Origin: an uncultured Methanosarcinales archaeon
GTDB taxonomy: Archaea; Nanobdellota; Nanobdellia; Woesearchaeales; WJKR01
Direction of reading: 5' to 3'
DNA length: 64,000 nucleotides
Assembly (NCBI GenBank): GCA_964556395.1
Contig: CAZKVR010000001.1
Coordinates: forward strand, 178,411 to 242,410
Each line of letters begins with the position of its first letter. The first letter of the stretch is position 1. Under the pieces are notes generated by a model. It worked only from the letters and a program-made list of their open reading frames with translations. It had not been told where the DNA came from and searched no databases. A program made the translations under genes and the position numbers. Below, in pieces: positions 19,001 to 29,500 of the stretch.

Positions 19001-22000
19001 TCGCCTTGGCAGGCGGTGGCGCCCGCTTCTGTGATGCTGAAGTTTTCTATGACGTGGCGGGAGCCTCCTGTCCGGTCGAATGCTATGGGTAGTTGTCCGT
19101 ACCATTCGCTGAGCGTGGAGGGGTGGTTCGGGTTGAGGAATCCTATCTTGCACTCGGCCGCCCTGCTCGTCGTGTAGGCGAGCCTGTAGGTCTCCTCGGC
19201 GCCGATGCCGAAGCTTGGCTCTTCCGCTTCTATGTCGAGGCTGACGGTGATGTCGAGCGGTTGTCCTGGCGTGTAGGTGTTGCCGGCCTCGTCCTTGACG
19301 CGCCAGCAGAGCCGTTGGTCTTGTGTGATGGTGACGGGCTCGTCGTACGCGTCGCCTGTCATGCCGGGGCTGCTGCTCTGGTACTGGGCGTCGTCGCACG
19401 TCTGTCCTTGGTTGATGAGGGCGTACTCGTAGGAGTCGGCGCACCCGCTCTCGTCATCGGTGCAGTGGATGGTGATGTCCGCGCCGCTCGACGTGTCTTG
19501 GCGTTCGGGCCAGCCTGTCGGGGCGGTCTCGTCGCATCGGATGTCGTTCTCGTCCGTCGCTTCGATGGTGGCTTCTTTTGACCATGCTCCTTGGTTGCCG
19601 GCGTCGTCGACCGCCCTGGCTTTGACTTGGTAGGTGTCTCCTTGTTGGAGCGGCGTGCTGAGGGGTAGTTCTATCCGTTCCTGGCTGGTCGTGCGCGTCT
19701 CGGTCTCGCCTCCCGCTGTGAGTTCGTACTCGTAGTGGTGGATGCCGGTGCCGTCTCCGTCGCTGGATTGCATCCTGATGCTGGGTGCTTCGTCGAGGCC
19801 GCAGGTGGCTCCGACGGCGGTGATGTTCGTCCTGGTCGGGGGTTTCGTGTCGACCCGGATGGATTTCTCGGCCGATCCTGAGAGTTGTGCGCTCGTGGTC
19901 GATTGGCAGTTGATGACGAGCCGGTAGGGGTTTTTCCGGTCTTCGAGCCTGGTGTTCGTCTCGTGGTGGTGGTTCTCGTCGGTCGCTCGGAGTGTTTGGG
20001 CTTCGGCGCCGTCGATGCTGTAGGTGCACTCTGCTTGGAGGACTGTGGTGGCGTTGATGCGGACGTTGTTGGTCGAGACCTGGTTTGGCGTGTGGATGGT
20101 GACTGCGAGGCCGTTGGGCGGGTCGACGATGACGTCTTCCGTGGCTCTCGCCTCCCTGCCTGCCAGGTTGGTGCACGTGACGTCGTAGAGGTAGGTGGTG
20201 TAGGCGCCGGTGTAGAGGAAGTAGGCGTCGTCTTCGGGTATCCGGGTCTGGTAGCTCGTCTGGTACTGGTCTCGGTCGTCCAGGTCTGTGTGGCTGTTGC
20301 TGTCCGGGTCGTTGAAGTTGTACCTGTACGGGACTGGCGTCATGCCTGGAAGGGGGTAGGGGTTGCTCGCTGGCTGGAGGTAGGTGCAGAGGGCTGGCTC
20401 GTCGGTCTCGATGGTGAGGGTGGCGTGGTCGTGGTCTGGTTCGACGAGGGGGTTGGGTTCTGCTGTGATGGTGATGTTAGGCCCGGTGGTGTCGTAGCCG
20501 AGGCTGTACGTTTCGGAGCCGTAGAGCTCCCCGTCGTTTGACGTGCAGGTGACGAGCCAGTCGACTGTCCTTGACTCTGCGCCTGTGCTGAGCTCGTCGA
20601 AGCCCGTGACGGTGTGGGTGGTGCCGCCGGTGGTGTCGAACTCCCTGTCGTCGGGGATGCTGTTGTAGAGTTGTTGGTCGTTCCGGTCGTCGTACTGGTC
20701 TAGGTGTTCTGCGTGCTTGCACGTGGCTTCTTGGGCTGTGCTGACGCTGAAGGCGAATTCCTTGTCTGGGCTGATGCCGAACTGCGGCTCTTCGAGGGTG
20801 ATGCCGAGGTCTCCGGTGAGTGAGGTGTCTCCGAACCCTTGGTTGGGCGGTTGGGCTTGGTCTTCCACGTACCAGCACAGCTTGGCGTTCTCTCGTAGGG
20901 TGAATGGTTGGCCGACGGTGCGGGTCGTGCCGGTGTAGGCTGTCGTGTTCGCCGTGTCGCAGTCTTCCGTGGGAGAGAGGGTGTAGGTTTTTGCCTGGTC
21001 GTTCTCAGCGCACCCGCTGCCTGCGTCTTCGCATCGTATCGTCACGTTGATGCCTTCTCCCGCTTCGGCTGGTTCGGTGTCAGCCCATGTTTCAGGGGGT
21101 GTGCGGTCGCAGTGCGGGTCTTCTGGTGTCGTGTAGGTGGCAGTCCTGGTCTTCTCCGGGCCTTCGTTGCCGGCCTTGTCGACTGCTTTCGCGGTGATGG
21201 TGATCTCGCTGCCTTCCTCTTGGATGATAGCGACGCTGACGCCGTCGTCGGCCTCGCCTTCGTCGAGCGTATCTCCTTGCTGTTCGATGGTGTAGTTGTA
21301 GTGGTCGATGCCTGAGCCGTCCTCGTTGTCTTCCGCTTCGAACGTGGCGTCTAGGGCGTCACCCCCGCAGATGTAGTCGTCCGTGGTGATGTTGACGTCT
21401 CCCGGGGGTTGGTCGTCGATCGTGAGCGTGTATGTTTCGGTGGTGGATGGGCGTGTGACGTGGTCGCACGTCACGGTGTAGTCGTGGGTCCCTGCCGTGA
21501 CAGGGAGTGTTTCTGAGTGCGTGGTTCCTTCTCGTTCCAGGTCGTGTTCTTCGTCGTCGAGTGTGAGGGTGCAGTTCACTGATCGCCAGTTGGTCTCGAA
21601 CTCGAAGTCGATGTTCTTTTCTGACGCGTAGCGCGGCGGTTGGCTCTTGGTGATGGTGATGCCGGCGTCGTATTCTATCGTGACGGGGGTCGTCGTCGTG
21701 GTTGTGAAGCCTGCGATGTTCTCGCATGTCGTGTCGAACTCGTACTCGTAGGGAGGGTTTTGAGGGGGTGGTTCTTGCTTGAGCATGTTGAAGTCGAGCG
21801 TCGTCAGGATGTTCGTGGTGTAGTCGTGGATGTCTCTGACCGTGGCTGGCGGGAAGTCGAGCTGGTAGCGCTCGTCATCTGAGGGATAGGTCGTCGTGGT
21901 GTGGTTGCAGACCGTTTGGTCGTCGGTGGTGACGTTGAGGGTGCTCTCGACGTGGTTGGGGTCGTCGATGGTGGAAGGTTGTGCTCGTGCTGTGATGTCC

Positions 22001-22764
22001 GGCGGTGTGGTGTCGTAGCCGGTGCTGACGACTCCCCGGGTGTAGTTGCCGGTGACTTCCTTGCAGACGATGAGGACTGGGTAGAGGGTTCCTTCCTGGT
22101 ATCCTGACGGTTGGCGGTCGAAGTCCTCGTTGTAGAAGGTCTTGTTGTCAGGGCCGTGGTTTTCGAAATCCGCTTCTGATCCGAGGAAGTTGTACAGGCT
22201 CTCCGGTTCGAGGTTGCCGTCGTCTATCACGCCTGCGAGGGCCCACTTGCAGTTCTCCGCCGGGATGTCCGGCAGTCGTATGGAGAGGTTGAAGGGTGGC
22301 GTGTGGTTCGCGACGCCGAACGTGGTGTTTTCCAGGTGGTGGTTGACGGGCTTATCCAGGTATATGGGTTGTTCTTGGGTCTCGACCGTGAAGAGGATGT
22401 TGATTGTGACGATGTTGTTGTCAGCGTCTTCGGCTTCGGCGGTGAAGCGGTAGTCTTCTGAGATGAGGTATTTGTCATCTGGGAGCGTGAATTCGTAGTT
22501 GCGTTGGTCATCAGTATGTTGTTCTAGGTTTGGGAGTGTTGAGATGTCGTATCCTTCCTTGTCGTAGGCGAGGTTGTAGCTCGTGACGTCGACCGGTTCT
22601 TCTCCGAAGCCGACCTTGATCGTGGGTTGGGCGTTCGGGAAGGGTTCTTCGAGCTCGTAGGTGATGACCTCCGAGTCGGCGTAGCTGTCCCCTTCTTGTC
22701 CGCTTACAACTAGTGCTAGGGCGACGAGTAGGATGAGTATACCTGCGGCTCTGGTTGCTGACAT
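16039..22764 (-). CDS. Giant (~2240 aa) single-pass surface protein: Sec signal, three ~510-aa Ig/FN3-like supermodules, Cys-rich repeats, TM helix and charged cytoplasmic tail
   Basis: Start re-called at ATG 22764 (MSATRAAGILILLVAL). Repeated GYD.T.P landmarks at ~22020, ~20495 and ~18925. C.NG..D..EEGVDCGG.C twice; CG[DN]G....GE.CDG four times; TM at ~16780-16850. Confidence 0.85.
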   Translation of the reverse strand: MSATRAAGILILLVALALVVSGQEGDSYADSEVITYELEEPFPNAQPTIKVGFGEEPVDVTSYNLAYDKEGYDISTLPNLEQHTDDQRNYEFTLPDDKYLISEDYRFTAEAEDADNNIVTINILFTVETQEQPIYLDKPVNHHLENTTFGVANHTPPFNLSIRLPDIPAENCKWALAGVIDDGNLEPESLYNFLGSEADFENHGPDNKTFYNEDFDRQPSGYQEGTLYPVLIVCKEVTGNYTRGVVSTGYDTTPPDITARAQPSTIDDPNHVESTLNVTTDDQTVCNHTTTTYPSDDERYQLDFPPATVRDIHDYTTNILTTLDFNMLKQEPPPQNPPYEYEFDTTCENIAGFTTTTTTPVTIEYDAGITITKSQPPRYASEKNIDFEFETNWRSVNCTLTLDDEEHDLEREGTTHSETLPVTAGTHDYTVTCDHVTRPSTTETYTLTIDDQPPGDVNITTDDYICGGDALDATFEAEDNEDGSGIDHYNYTIEQQGDTLDEGEADDGVSVAIIQEEGSEITITAKAVDKAGNEGPEKTRTATYTTPEDPHCDRTPPETWADTEPAEAGEGINVTIRCEDAGSGCAENDQAKTYTLSPTEDCDTANTTAYTGTTRTVGQPFTLRENAKLCWYVEDQAQPPNQGFGDTSLTGDLGITLEEPQFGISPDKEFAFSVSTAQEATCKHAEHLDQYDDRNDQQLYNSIPDDREFDTTGGTTHTVTGFDELSTGAESRTVDWLVTCTSNDGELYGSETYSLGYDTTGPNITITAEPNPLVEPDHDHATLTIETDEPALCTYLQPASNPYPLPGMTPVPYRYNFNDPDSNSHTDLDDRDQYQTSYQTRIPEDDAYFLYTGAYTTYLYDVTCTNLAGREARATEDVIVDPPNGLAVTIHTPNQVSTNNVRINATTVLQAECTYSIDGAEAQTLRATDENHHHETNTRLEDRKNPYRLVINCQSTTSAQLSGSAEKSIRVDTKPPTRTNITAVGATCGLDEAPSIRMQSSDGDGTGIHHYEYELTAGGETETRTTSQERIELPLSTPLQQGDTYQVKARAVDDAGNQGAWSKEATIEATDENDIRCDETAPTGWPERQDTSSGADITIHCTDDESGCADSYEYALINQGQTCDDAQYQSSSPGMTGDAYDEPVTITQDQRLCWRVKDEAGNTYTPGQPLDITVSLDIEAEEPSFGIGAEETYRLAYTTSRAAECKIGFLNPNHPSTLSEWYGQLPIAFDRTGGSRHVIENFSITEAGATACQGEDECTQAMAVICTENDRYHYTVDRLGYDKTAPSLNARARPNPVREPGNLQSTLYAESDDDVWCRYERDDTGESESFSPNPDIEDRTQYKPDHEKHLGYFTPPAEGETSYTAPYKVTCVNLAGTQATRDVDLTVAPTNEVGITIHTPAKHDTRSVTLNATTDLEAECTYTFNPDHPPKKFHTTGGTSHVQSHGFRDDGTYTLSIACEAVSGPYAASTTKKLAVDSTGPKMLDIIAQDQTCSLTELEAKLVSNATIIGLDAYNYTITDARGEALTDWTLLPATGTATATETFTLTAGETYTWQAQAIDEFGRKSSILSKSVQAEDESHPDCDFEDPTAILNVEDVYGGVDAYVECQDDGTGCTEYYDFQHALQDCNDSYQSYPYTQRPITLETSGTACAKVYDQAGNDDTASESFTIIAHCSNGLRDPEEEGVDCGGPCPASCDTCNNGKQDPDEEGVDCGGVCPQSCSSSCGNGYVEPGEECDGQSGLTCEELGFTGGTTSCEHCRIDTGDCQQDQTGYCGDGTIDPGEDCDGDNLAGLTCEDFGLTNGELSCDNCKADTSTCEGLEDGYCGDGIIGSGETCDGDNLAGLTCEDFGLTSGELSCTDCEVDTSGCYSGYCGDGEIDQGESCDGLNWGDVETCEDIADTFTGGMPTCRNCHFDTSTCQGTEPECLSDDDCGPDEECEDYECIDVSPEPEDGSEGQDDNYTRPPSTPPEEDHTLGLVFLIAGLVFMLGGGGYLAYTTFINPPPTPAQSQQPSPQQPQQPQEDPAAKAARLEEERRKRRMQEEARRRAQREKEKQRRSLLSSFKNDELSEKGSSDGKEASGEESGKAPAEAAGPGKASKPEPAAEQPATKKQAPKKPAGKDVFDELSTLSKQKPQASLATTRTNKEIFKELSELSGSSHNRIQTTLRKGATSDAIARLFENAQKRDVKPTTITPVFKELISKGKLEHHVAHQAVHKLAEADKLTENQKTKILDDLEALKEGK
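17194..17416. repeat. Near-perfect 70-bp intragenic direct repeat (17194-17263 and 17347-17416)
   Basis: 69/70 identical with a 153-nt period; encodes CDGDNLAGLTCEDFGLT(N/S)GELSC. Confidence 0.9.
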
Positions 22765-22787
22765 GATTGCCTCTTTTTTGTCATGGT

Positions 22788-25700
22788 TCACTCGGGCTGT
22801 GTTTGCGGATAGAAGCATTCTCCTTCTGACGTGCAAATCTCGACTCCTTGTAGGTAGACTTGGAGGTCTCGTAGCCAGAGGCTTTCGACGTTCTCTTCTT
22901 CCTCGTTCCCGTGCCTGTCTTGGGAGTAGAAGTGGATGTGCGTGCCTGGCCTGTCATCTGCCGTCAGGCGGAATGGTTCTTCGTATGCTTCGAACTCGCA
23001 CGAGCCCGGCTGAGGGTTGTAGTTGAAGCAGTAGTGGGTGGTCGTCTCGCCGGCGTTGCCGTCCCAGAGGACTTCTCCGTCGACGGTCTGTAGCTGTAGT
23101 GAGGGGTCTTTGTCTTCGGCAGCGAGGCTGAGTTGTCGGGTGTCGTTCCAGTAGGACGGTCCGAAAGGCTCGTCGTGGTAGTCGTCCCATAGCGTGGTGG
23201 CCGGTGGCGTGTCATCGATGCTGAACAGTATCATGTCGCCTCCGTTGCCTTCTGTCACCTTGCCGTCTTCGAACTCGCATCCGGTGTGGTAGTAGTATAA
23301 TCCTGGCTCGAGATCTTCCAGGGTGTATTCGTGGTGGTGGCCGTCCTCGGTTGTGAATTCCTCGGCACCGGTTTCTTGGGTCGCTGGCTCGTCGTGCTGT
23401 TTGCTGAAGCGGCACTCGGCTTGTTTGCGTGGCGTCTCGATGCTGATGGTCACGTTGGTGGTGTCTCCAGGGTAGACTTCGCGGTGCGGTTGCGGGTCGG
23501 TGATGCTCTTGTCCGCTTCGATGGTGATGTCGTGCGTGTAGGTTTCGCTGTTGTTGAGGGATTCGTGGTCGGTGCAGGTGAGTTTGAAGGTGTAGGTGGA
23601 GTCGGGTAGTTGGTGGTAGTCCTGCGTGAACTCGACGCTGCCTGAGGCTTGGCTGGCGTGGTAGGTCCGGTCGCCGCCCAGGTCTGTCTGGCCGTCGGAG
23701 TAGAGTCGTCCTTCGCACGTGATGGGTCCGTGGGGTTCTTTGACGGTGTAGGTTATCGTGAGGTTGGTGCGCCACTCGTCTTCTGCTATGAGGTAGGGTG
23801 TGGTCTCGTTCCCGATGCTCTCGAGCTCCGGTGGGGTGTTGTCGAACGTGACGGTGTGAGTTTGGACTTCTTCGAGGTTCTGGCTGGCGTCTTTGCTGTA
23901 GTAGGCCAGGTTGTATGTTCCGTCAAGGTCTTGTGCGTACGCGTTTTCGAAATTGTCTGCTTCAAGGTCGGGGTAGTCGTGGCCGGTCTCGTTATAGCTG
24001 ATATAGGTGTCTATCTCTTTTTGGGGGAAGAGGTTGTCGCTGGCGCGGAAGGTGAAGAGGTTGTGGGCGCTGTAGACAGGGTGCTCGAGGTTCCAGGGCT
24101 GGTCTGATGGTGTGAGGAAGTCGACGTGCGTTTCGGGTTGTTCGGTGTCTCGGACGCAGTCGGGGTATGATCTCCTCGTCTTGGGAGTGCAGTCGGTTTC
24201 CTCGTAGTGGTCGGCGTTCTTCACGCAGGACTGTTCTTCCTGGTCCCACTCGCACACGCCGAATGCGAAGGGGTCTTCCGTGAGGCTCGTCCGTTCGTGC
24301 GTACCTCCGACGGGTTTTGATTCGTATCCTTCTTCGGTGCTGTAGGTGATGTTGAGCTCGTACGTCTGGCTGCCGGTGCAGTCTTGCTTGTTGTTGTATG
24401 ATTCGCAGCTGGCTTCGGCTTTGGAGAGGCATGCTCCTCCGCTGCCGTCTCCCGAGTAGTAGCACTTCTCGTCAGGGTTTGTTCCGGTGGCGTAGAGTCC
24501 GCATAGTTGTTCCGTGCATGCTGGGAGGACGTGGTCGTCCTCGTTGCAGCGGGAGCATGCGGGCGCTCCTTCTGCGGGCTTGCACACGCCTAGTCCCAGC
24601 TCGTCGGATTCCTCTGGGAAGGGTTGCCATTCGCAGTTCTCGAGGCCTTCCTTGTTGCACTGGTTGTCGGTGCAGGAGCCTTTGGTGGTGTAGTCGTAGC
24701 ACGTGTGGACGTTCCCGCAGGTGTCTAGCTCGTCGGTGGCCGTCCGTGTGCGGTCGTCCCGACAGGCAGGGAGGTCGTCGCCTCCTTGCGGGTAGATTCG
24801 GTAGTCGTCGCAATCGGTAGAGAGGGTCTCGTCAGCGTCTGGTCGTAGGAAGGGTACCTCGAAAGTTCTTCCTTGCGGTGTGAGGTAGCCGTACATGCCG
24901 AACAGCCCGTTGCAGAGCTGGCAGACGGTCTTGTCGGAGCAGGCGGTCTTCTCTTGGGCGTCCGGTCCGAAGCAGAGCTGGTTTTCCTCCGCGCAGTCCT
25001 TGAATGGGTCGAGGTTGTTGTGGTCGTCGCACCTGTTCCGGACGTCTCCGATGCAGAACTCGTCGGGGTGTGGTTGCATGCACTCCTCGTCACCGGTCTT
25101 GGAGCACTCCTCGTCTGAGGTCGTGGTGTCTTCCTGGCCGTTCTCTTGAAGGCTGGCTTCGACGGTGTAGCAGTAGTTGGTGTCCTCGTCGAGCCCGCTT
25201 ATCTCGTCGTATGAGAAGGTCGAGGTCGCTCCTCCTGTGAAGACGTCGTTGTCAGTGTTCGGTATGACGATGTCCTTGTAGGGTTCGGAGTCGTCTTCTA
25301 TGCGGATGGTGAATGACCGTATGGCGTCGTAGCACTCCTGGTCGAAGGTCCATGTGACGATGGCTTCGTCCGTCTCTTCAGGGTATCGTATGCTCTGGAT
25401 TTCAGGGCTGGTTTCGAGGCATTCTGTCTGTCCGCAGACGTCTTCGCACACTTCGCACTCGTTGCATTGCGTCTCGGTGCAGTAGTCGGGGTCGGACTGC
25501 GGGCAGGCGTCGCACCCGCTGAGGTCTACCCTGCAGTCGTTGCACGACAGGTCTCCCCCGTCGTAGCCGTAGTCCTCGCAGGCGTCCTTGCCATCCCTGT
25601 ACTCGTCGCCGTCGCAGGCTTCCCCTTCATCCAGCGTCCCGTCGTCGTTGCACGTGTCAGGGGTCACGGGGCAGGGATTGAAAGGTAGCGGCTTCGTCTC

Positions 25701-26462
25701 GCCGTGGACTTCCTCGTAGTAGTCCTGGTATGAGTAGTCGGTGCAGTCCGAGGCGTCGTTGCAGTAGTCGTACCTCCGGCCGCATTCCGTGTCGTCGTCG
25801 TAACCGCACTCCCAGTCAGGGGTGCAGGCGTCTTCGCCTCCGCCGGCCGTGCAGTTGAGCGTTATGGTGTAGTCGAGGTCTTGGTTGACGTAGGGGTGTT
25901 CTGTTTGCGTGCAGGTGCCGTTGTCGGCTTTCAGGATTTTTCCCCCTGGTTCGACATCATTGAATGTCAAGGTGCCGTCAGGCCCGGTCTCTTTTTTTAT
26001 GGATGGCACGTCGAGCGTGACGTTCACGCCTGCGAGCGGGGACCCGTCAGGGCCTTCGACGACAACATCGATGGTGTAGGTTTCCTCCGAGTCGCTGCAC
26101 GCGGTGATGCAATCGTCGTCCTCGTTCGCAGGGACGAATTTGCTCGTGTCGTCTGACTCTTCGTCGCATGATGCTTGTGCGATGAAGCTCCACCCTCCCG
26201 TGTTGTCGCAGCAGCATCCTGTCGTGCACTCCTCGACTTCGGTGCAGTTTTGGTCTTCCCATTCGTACCCTATGTCACCGCACGCTGACTCGTTCATATC
26301 ATCTCCTATGAGGGAGGAGTATTGGTCCTCGTCCACGCATTCTCCTGGGTACTCTTTGTCAGGGATGCAGCACCCTTCGGCCGTGGCGGTCGCCGCTCCG
26401 AGTATGGTGAACGCTAGGAGGAAGAGTAATAGCTGAGAGTGCTTATGATGGACGCGTACCAT
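22788..26462 (-). CDS. Large secreted Cys-rich surface protein with carboxypeptidase-regulatory-like and FN3/Ig-like domains
   Basis: Sec signal (LLLFLLAFTILGAATATA); GCC motifs; GSPLAGVNVTL...TGPDG; D.TPP Ig-like landmarks; acidic with many N-x-S/T sequons. Confidence 0.8.
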   Translation of the reverse strand: MVRVHHKHSQLLLFLLAFTILGAATATAEGCCIPDKEYPGECVDEDQYSSLIGDDMNESACGDIGYEWEDQNCTEVEECTTGCCCDNTGGWSFIAQASCDEESDDTSKFVPANEDDDCITACSDSEETYTIDVVVEGPDGSPLAGVNVTLDVPSIKKETGPDGTLTFNDVEPGGKILKADNGTCTQTEHPYVNQDLDYTITLNCTAGGGEDACTPDWECGYDDDTECGRRYDYCNDASDCTDYSYQDYYEEVHGETKPLPFNPCPVTPDTCNDDGTLDEGEACDGDEYRDGKDACEDYGYDGGDLSCNDCRVDLSGCDACPQSDPDYCTETQCNECEVCEDVCGQTECLETSPEIQSIRYPEETDEAIVTWTFDQECYDAIRSFTIRIEDDSEPYKDIVIPNTDNDVFTGGATSTFSYDEISGLDEDTNYCYTVEASLQENGQEDTTTSDEECSKTGDEECMQPHPDEFCIGDVRNRCDDHNNLDPFKDCAEENQLCFGPDAQEKTACSDKTVCQLCNGLFGMYGYLTPQGRTFEVPFLRPDADETLSTDCDDYRIYPQGGDDLPACRDDRTRTATDELDTCGNVHTCYDYTTKGSCTDNQCNKEGLENCEWQPFPEESDELGLGVCKPAEGAPACSRCNEDDHVLPACTEQLCGLYATGTNPDEKCYYSGDGSGGACLSKAEASCESYNNKQDCTGSQTYELNITYSTEEGYESKPVGGTHERTSLTEDPFAFGVCEWDQEEQSCVKNADHYEETDCTPKTRRSYPDCVRDTEQPETHVDFLTPSDQPWNLEHPVYSAHNLFTFRASDNLFPQKEIDTYISYNETGHDYPDLEADNFENAYAQDLDGTYNLAYYSKDASQNLEEVQTHTVTFDNTPPELESIGNETTPYLIAEDEWRTNLTITYTVKEPHGPITCEGRLYSDGQTDLGGDRTYHASQASGSVEFTQDYHQLPDSTYTFKLTCTDHESLNNSETYTHDITIEADKSITDPQPHREVYPGDTTNVTISIETPRKQAECRFSKQHDEPATQETGAEEFTTEDGHHHEYTLEDLEPGLYYYHTGCEFEDGKVTEGNGGDMILFSIDDTPPATTLWDDYHDEPFGPSYWNDTRQLSLAAEDKDPSLQLQTVDGEVLWDGNAGETTTHYCFNYNPQPGSCEFEAYEEPFRLTADDRPGTHIHFYSQDRHGNEEEENVESLWLRDLQVYLQGVEICTSEGECFYPQTQPE

Positions 26463-26527
26463 GGGATTTGCCGCTCACACCGGTGATAGGTTTTTTAGGA
26501 GCATTTCCCTTTATAAAACTTACGGGT

Positions 26528-29500
26528 TTAGCGCGGTTCGAAACAATCATCGTCTTCCTCGTCGCAGCACTCGACGCCTGTCGGGGTGCACGTCACGCCA
26601 GTCTGACCCGTATCTAGGCAGTCCTCGTGGTCGTCTTCCACGTCGTCCGTGTAGAGGCGACACACTCCCGAGGAGGTGCACCGCTGGTTGAAGTCGTCGC
26701 CGTCAGCGGTGTAGTAGCACGTGTTCAAGTTCTGGTTCGTCGTCCCCATCGAGCCGGGGGCGGGGCATTCTGCTCCTTCGACCCGTCCTTGTTGGAGTGT
26801 GCAGGTGTCGCAGAAGTCTGCTCTGAGCTCTTCGGTTTTGGGGAGGCGACAGCCATGTTGGGTGCATACGGCTGAGAAGTCCCCGCTATCGATCACGCCT
26901 TGGTGATAGTGGCAGTAGGCGTCCTCTGTGAAGTCGGTCCGGGTGTAGGCGCAGTCCTCGTAGCTGTCAGGGTTTTGGTCTGTGTGGATGCAGTACGGCG
27001 GGCAAGGTTCGTCGGTAACCTTATATTCGCAGTCATCATTGTTGCAGCTGTGGTCGCAGGAGGCCTGGCCTAGGTCTTGGGGTGAAAAGGATGAAGGATG
27101 GTTGTACGTCGAGTCGCCTGGTTCGCACTCGGCGCCGCACGTGTCGATGTCACACTGGCACTCTACGGGTGCGACGCATCCTTGTTCTTCGGCGCAGCCT
27201 CCTCGGCAGAGGTGTACTCCATCGCTCGGGTCGTTATCATAGCTGTAGCCGTTGGTTTCCATAGGGTCTGCGCATTGCTCGTGGTCGTTGCAGATGCCGT
27301 CGGCAGTGTTGCCGTCTATGTCAGGGAGTTTGTGTTCTTGTTCGAATGTCCTAGGATAACCATCACTATAGCTGTAATACTTGCAGGTTTGTCCTTCGGC
27401 TCCGGAGCACCGCTCGTCCTGGCCTTCCTCCTCGTAGTCATCGCATTCTTGCAGTTGCCGGTACTCTTCTTCCGCGTCGCCGGTGCAGGTGTTCCCTCTC
27501 TTGCCGTCGCAGTGGCGCGTGAAGGTGAGGTTGAAGGGGTCGTTCTGGTACTCCTTCTGAGCTTCCGAAGCATCGTGAAAATTTCTTTCAAGGTTCTGAA
27601 GGGCTTCGATCTGACTGGAAGAATATCTCAAGTACGTCGTGTCATCATCGATATTATTAGGGAATTGAATCTCAGGATTGTTGTAAAGACTTTCTAATCC
27701 TTTATGGACATCCCATAGATCGTCGAGGATTCCTGTCTCGGAGTGTGTGAAGCACGCGGTGCTTTCTAGTGCGATCTCGCCCCATTCATTGGAGTCTGGC
27801 TCGCCTTCAGGATCGGTATCTCCGAGGCAGCACGCGTGCTCGTAGGAGGTGCTGTCCGTGTCGTTGTACGGGTAGGGGTGGGGGTGTGTGTCGTTGCGTA
27901 CCGGGAGGCATTGCCTGACGTCGAGTGTGAAGCTTGAGGGGTCGCTGAAGAAGTTCGAGGATCCGACGGTGAGGTTGACCGTGTAGTCAAGACCTTCGAT
28001 AAGGCTGTTATGGGTGGTGTTGAAAGGGTGTTGGGTGATGTCGTCCGAACCCAAGTCTCCATCTTGCAGGTGGTAGAAGGTGCCTGTTCCTGGCAGGAGG
28101 TAGAGGTGGTCGTTGTCTTTTATCGTGAAGGTGCGCTCGCCGTCGTGCCCCCCGGTCCATATCCACGTAGTGAGGGGTTCGTTCATGACCTGGCTGGCGG
28201 TGCTCTCGCTCCCGTTGAGGAGGTAGGGGTCTTCGAGGCTGGCGTACTCGTCGCTGATGCCTGGTATCATGTTGGTGCCGTTCGGCCGTGCGACCGGGAG
28301 GTCGTACACGAGTATCCTGACGACCTGGAAGTCTTCCAACCCGGTGTCGTCTCGTACCGTGATCGTGACGTTGTGGAGTCCGGTGTCGTTGCGCGTGAGG
28401 TTTATCTTCGCGTCCTGCTTGGTGTCAATGTATGGTTGCGATTCGGTCCAGTTGTGTGGCTCGACGCTTTCGTCGACGTCGACGCACTCTGTCCTGAGAC
28501 ACTCCGTCGTAGTGCAACTCGCGGCGCATTCGAAGTTGTACTGCGCGTCCCAGGTCTCCTTCCACCCTTTGTAGTGGTATGAGACTCCTCGGTCGTCGGG
28601 GTCGTAGCCTTCCGGGGTGAGCCAGAGCGTGTCGTCTTCCCGTGCTTGGAGGTCGTAGTCAGAGTTCCCCGTCTCGTGGATGTAGTCGAGTGCCGGCCGG
28701 CGGTTCCTGATGGCGGCGTGGAACACGAGTGTCCGGTTGTCGACGCGGGCGTCTTCCCGCCGGTCTTCTAAGCGTATGACGTCGTCGTATAAGGGTCCGT
28801 TCTCGGGGCAGTCCTCGTGGTCTGCGCAGGGGTCTTGGATGACGGTGACGTCGAATGAGGGGTCGTAGCCGTCGACGTCGTCGTAGCTCTCCGTGAGGTT
28901 GAAATCGTAGCGTTTGTTGTCGTTCTTCACCAGGTTGATGAGGTATTCGTAGACCTGTTTGAGACGGTAGGGTGACGTGTAGGAGAACTCTCTCATGGCG
29001 ACGACCGTCTGGCCGTCGGACACCCTGACGGTGAACGGGTAGGTGGCGGTGACGTGGACCTTGTCCTGGCCGTAGATGACCGTCGTGTTCGCTTCGTCCT
29101 CGTGGACCGTGATGTTGTGTCCGAGGATGTCTTCGTAGAGCGAGAAGTCGGCGCAGGTCTTGAGCCCTTCGGTGATGTTCCTCTGAAGGTCGTTCTGGAT
29201 GTTGTCGTCTCGTAGCGTGTAGGCGTTGGTCTTGCACGCCAAGGCCGAATGTCCGGGGGTCTCTCGGAACGCGTTCGCGCCTTTCAGGTAGCAGAGCTTG
29301 GGCAGGGCGGCTTTGCCGAGGAATCCTGAGAGCCGGTCGCTCTTGCACGAGGACCCCTCGTAGATGCCGTAGAGGTCTTCGAGCTCTGTTCGGGGGCGCG
29401 GGTACGGGGGCGGGTCGAGGGAGACCTCGTCGCACCGGTCGTTCGGCTTGATGGCGTACGCCACCTCGTATACTTGTCCGGTGTCGTTGTAGAGGAAGTG

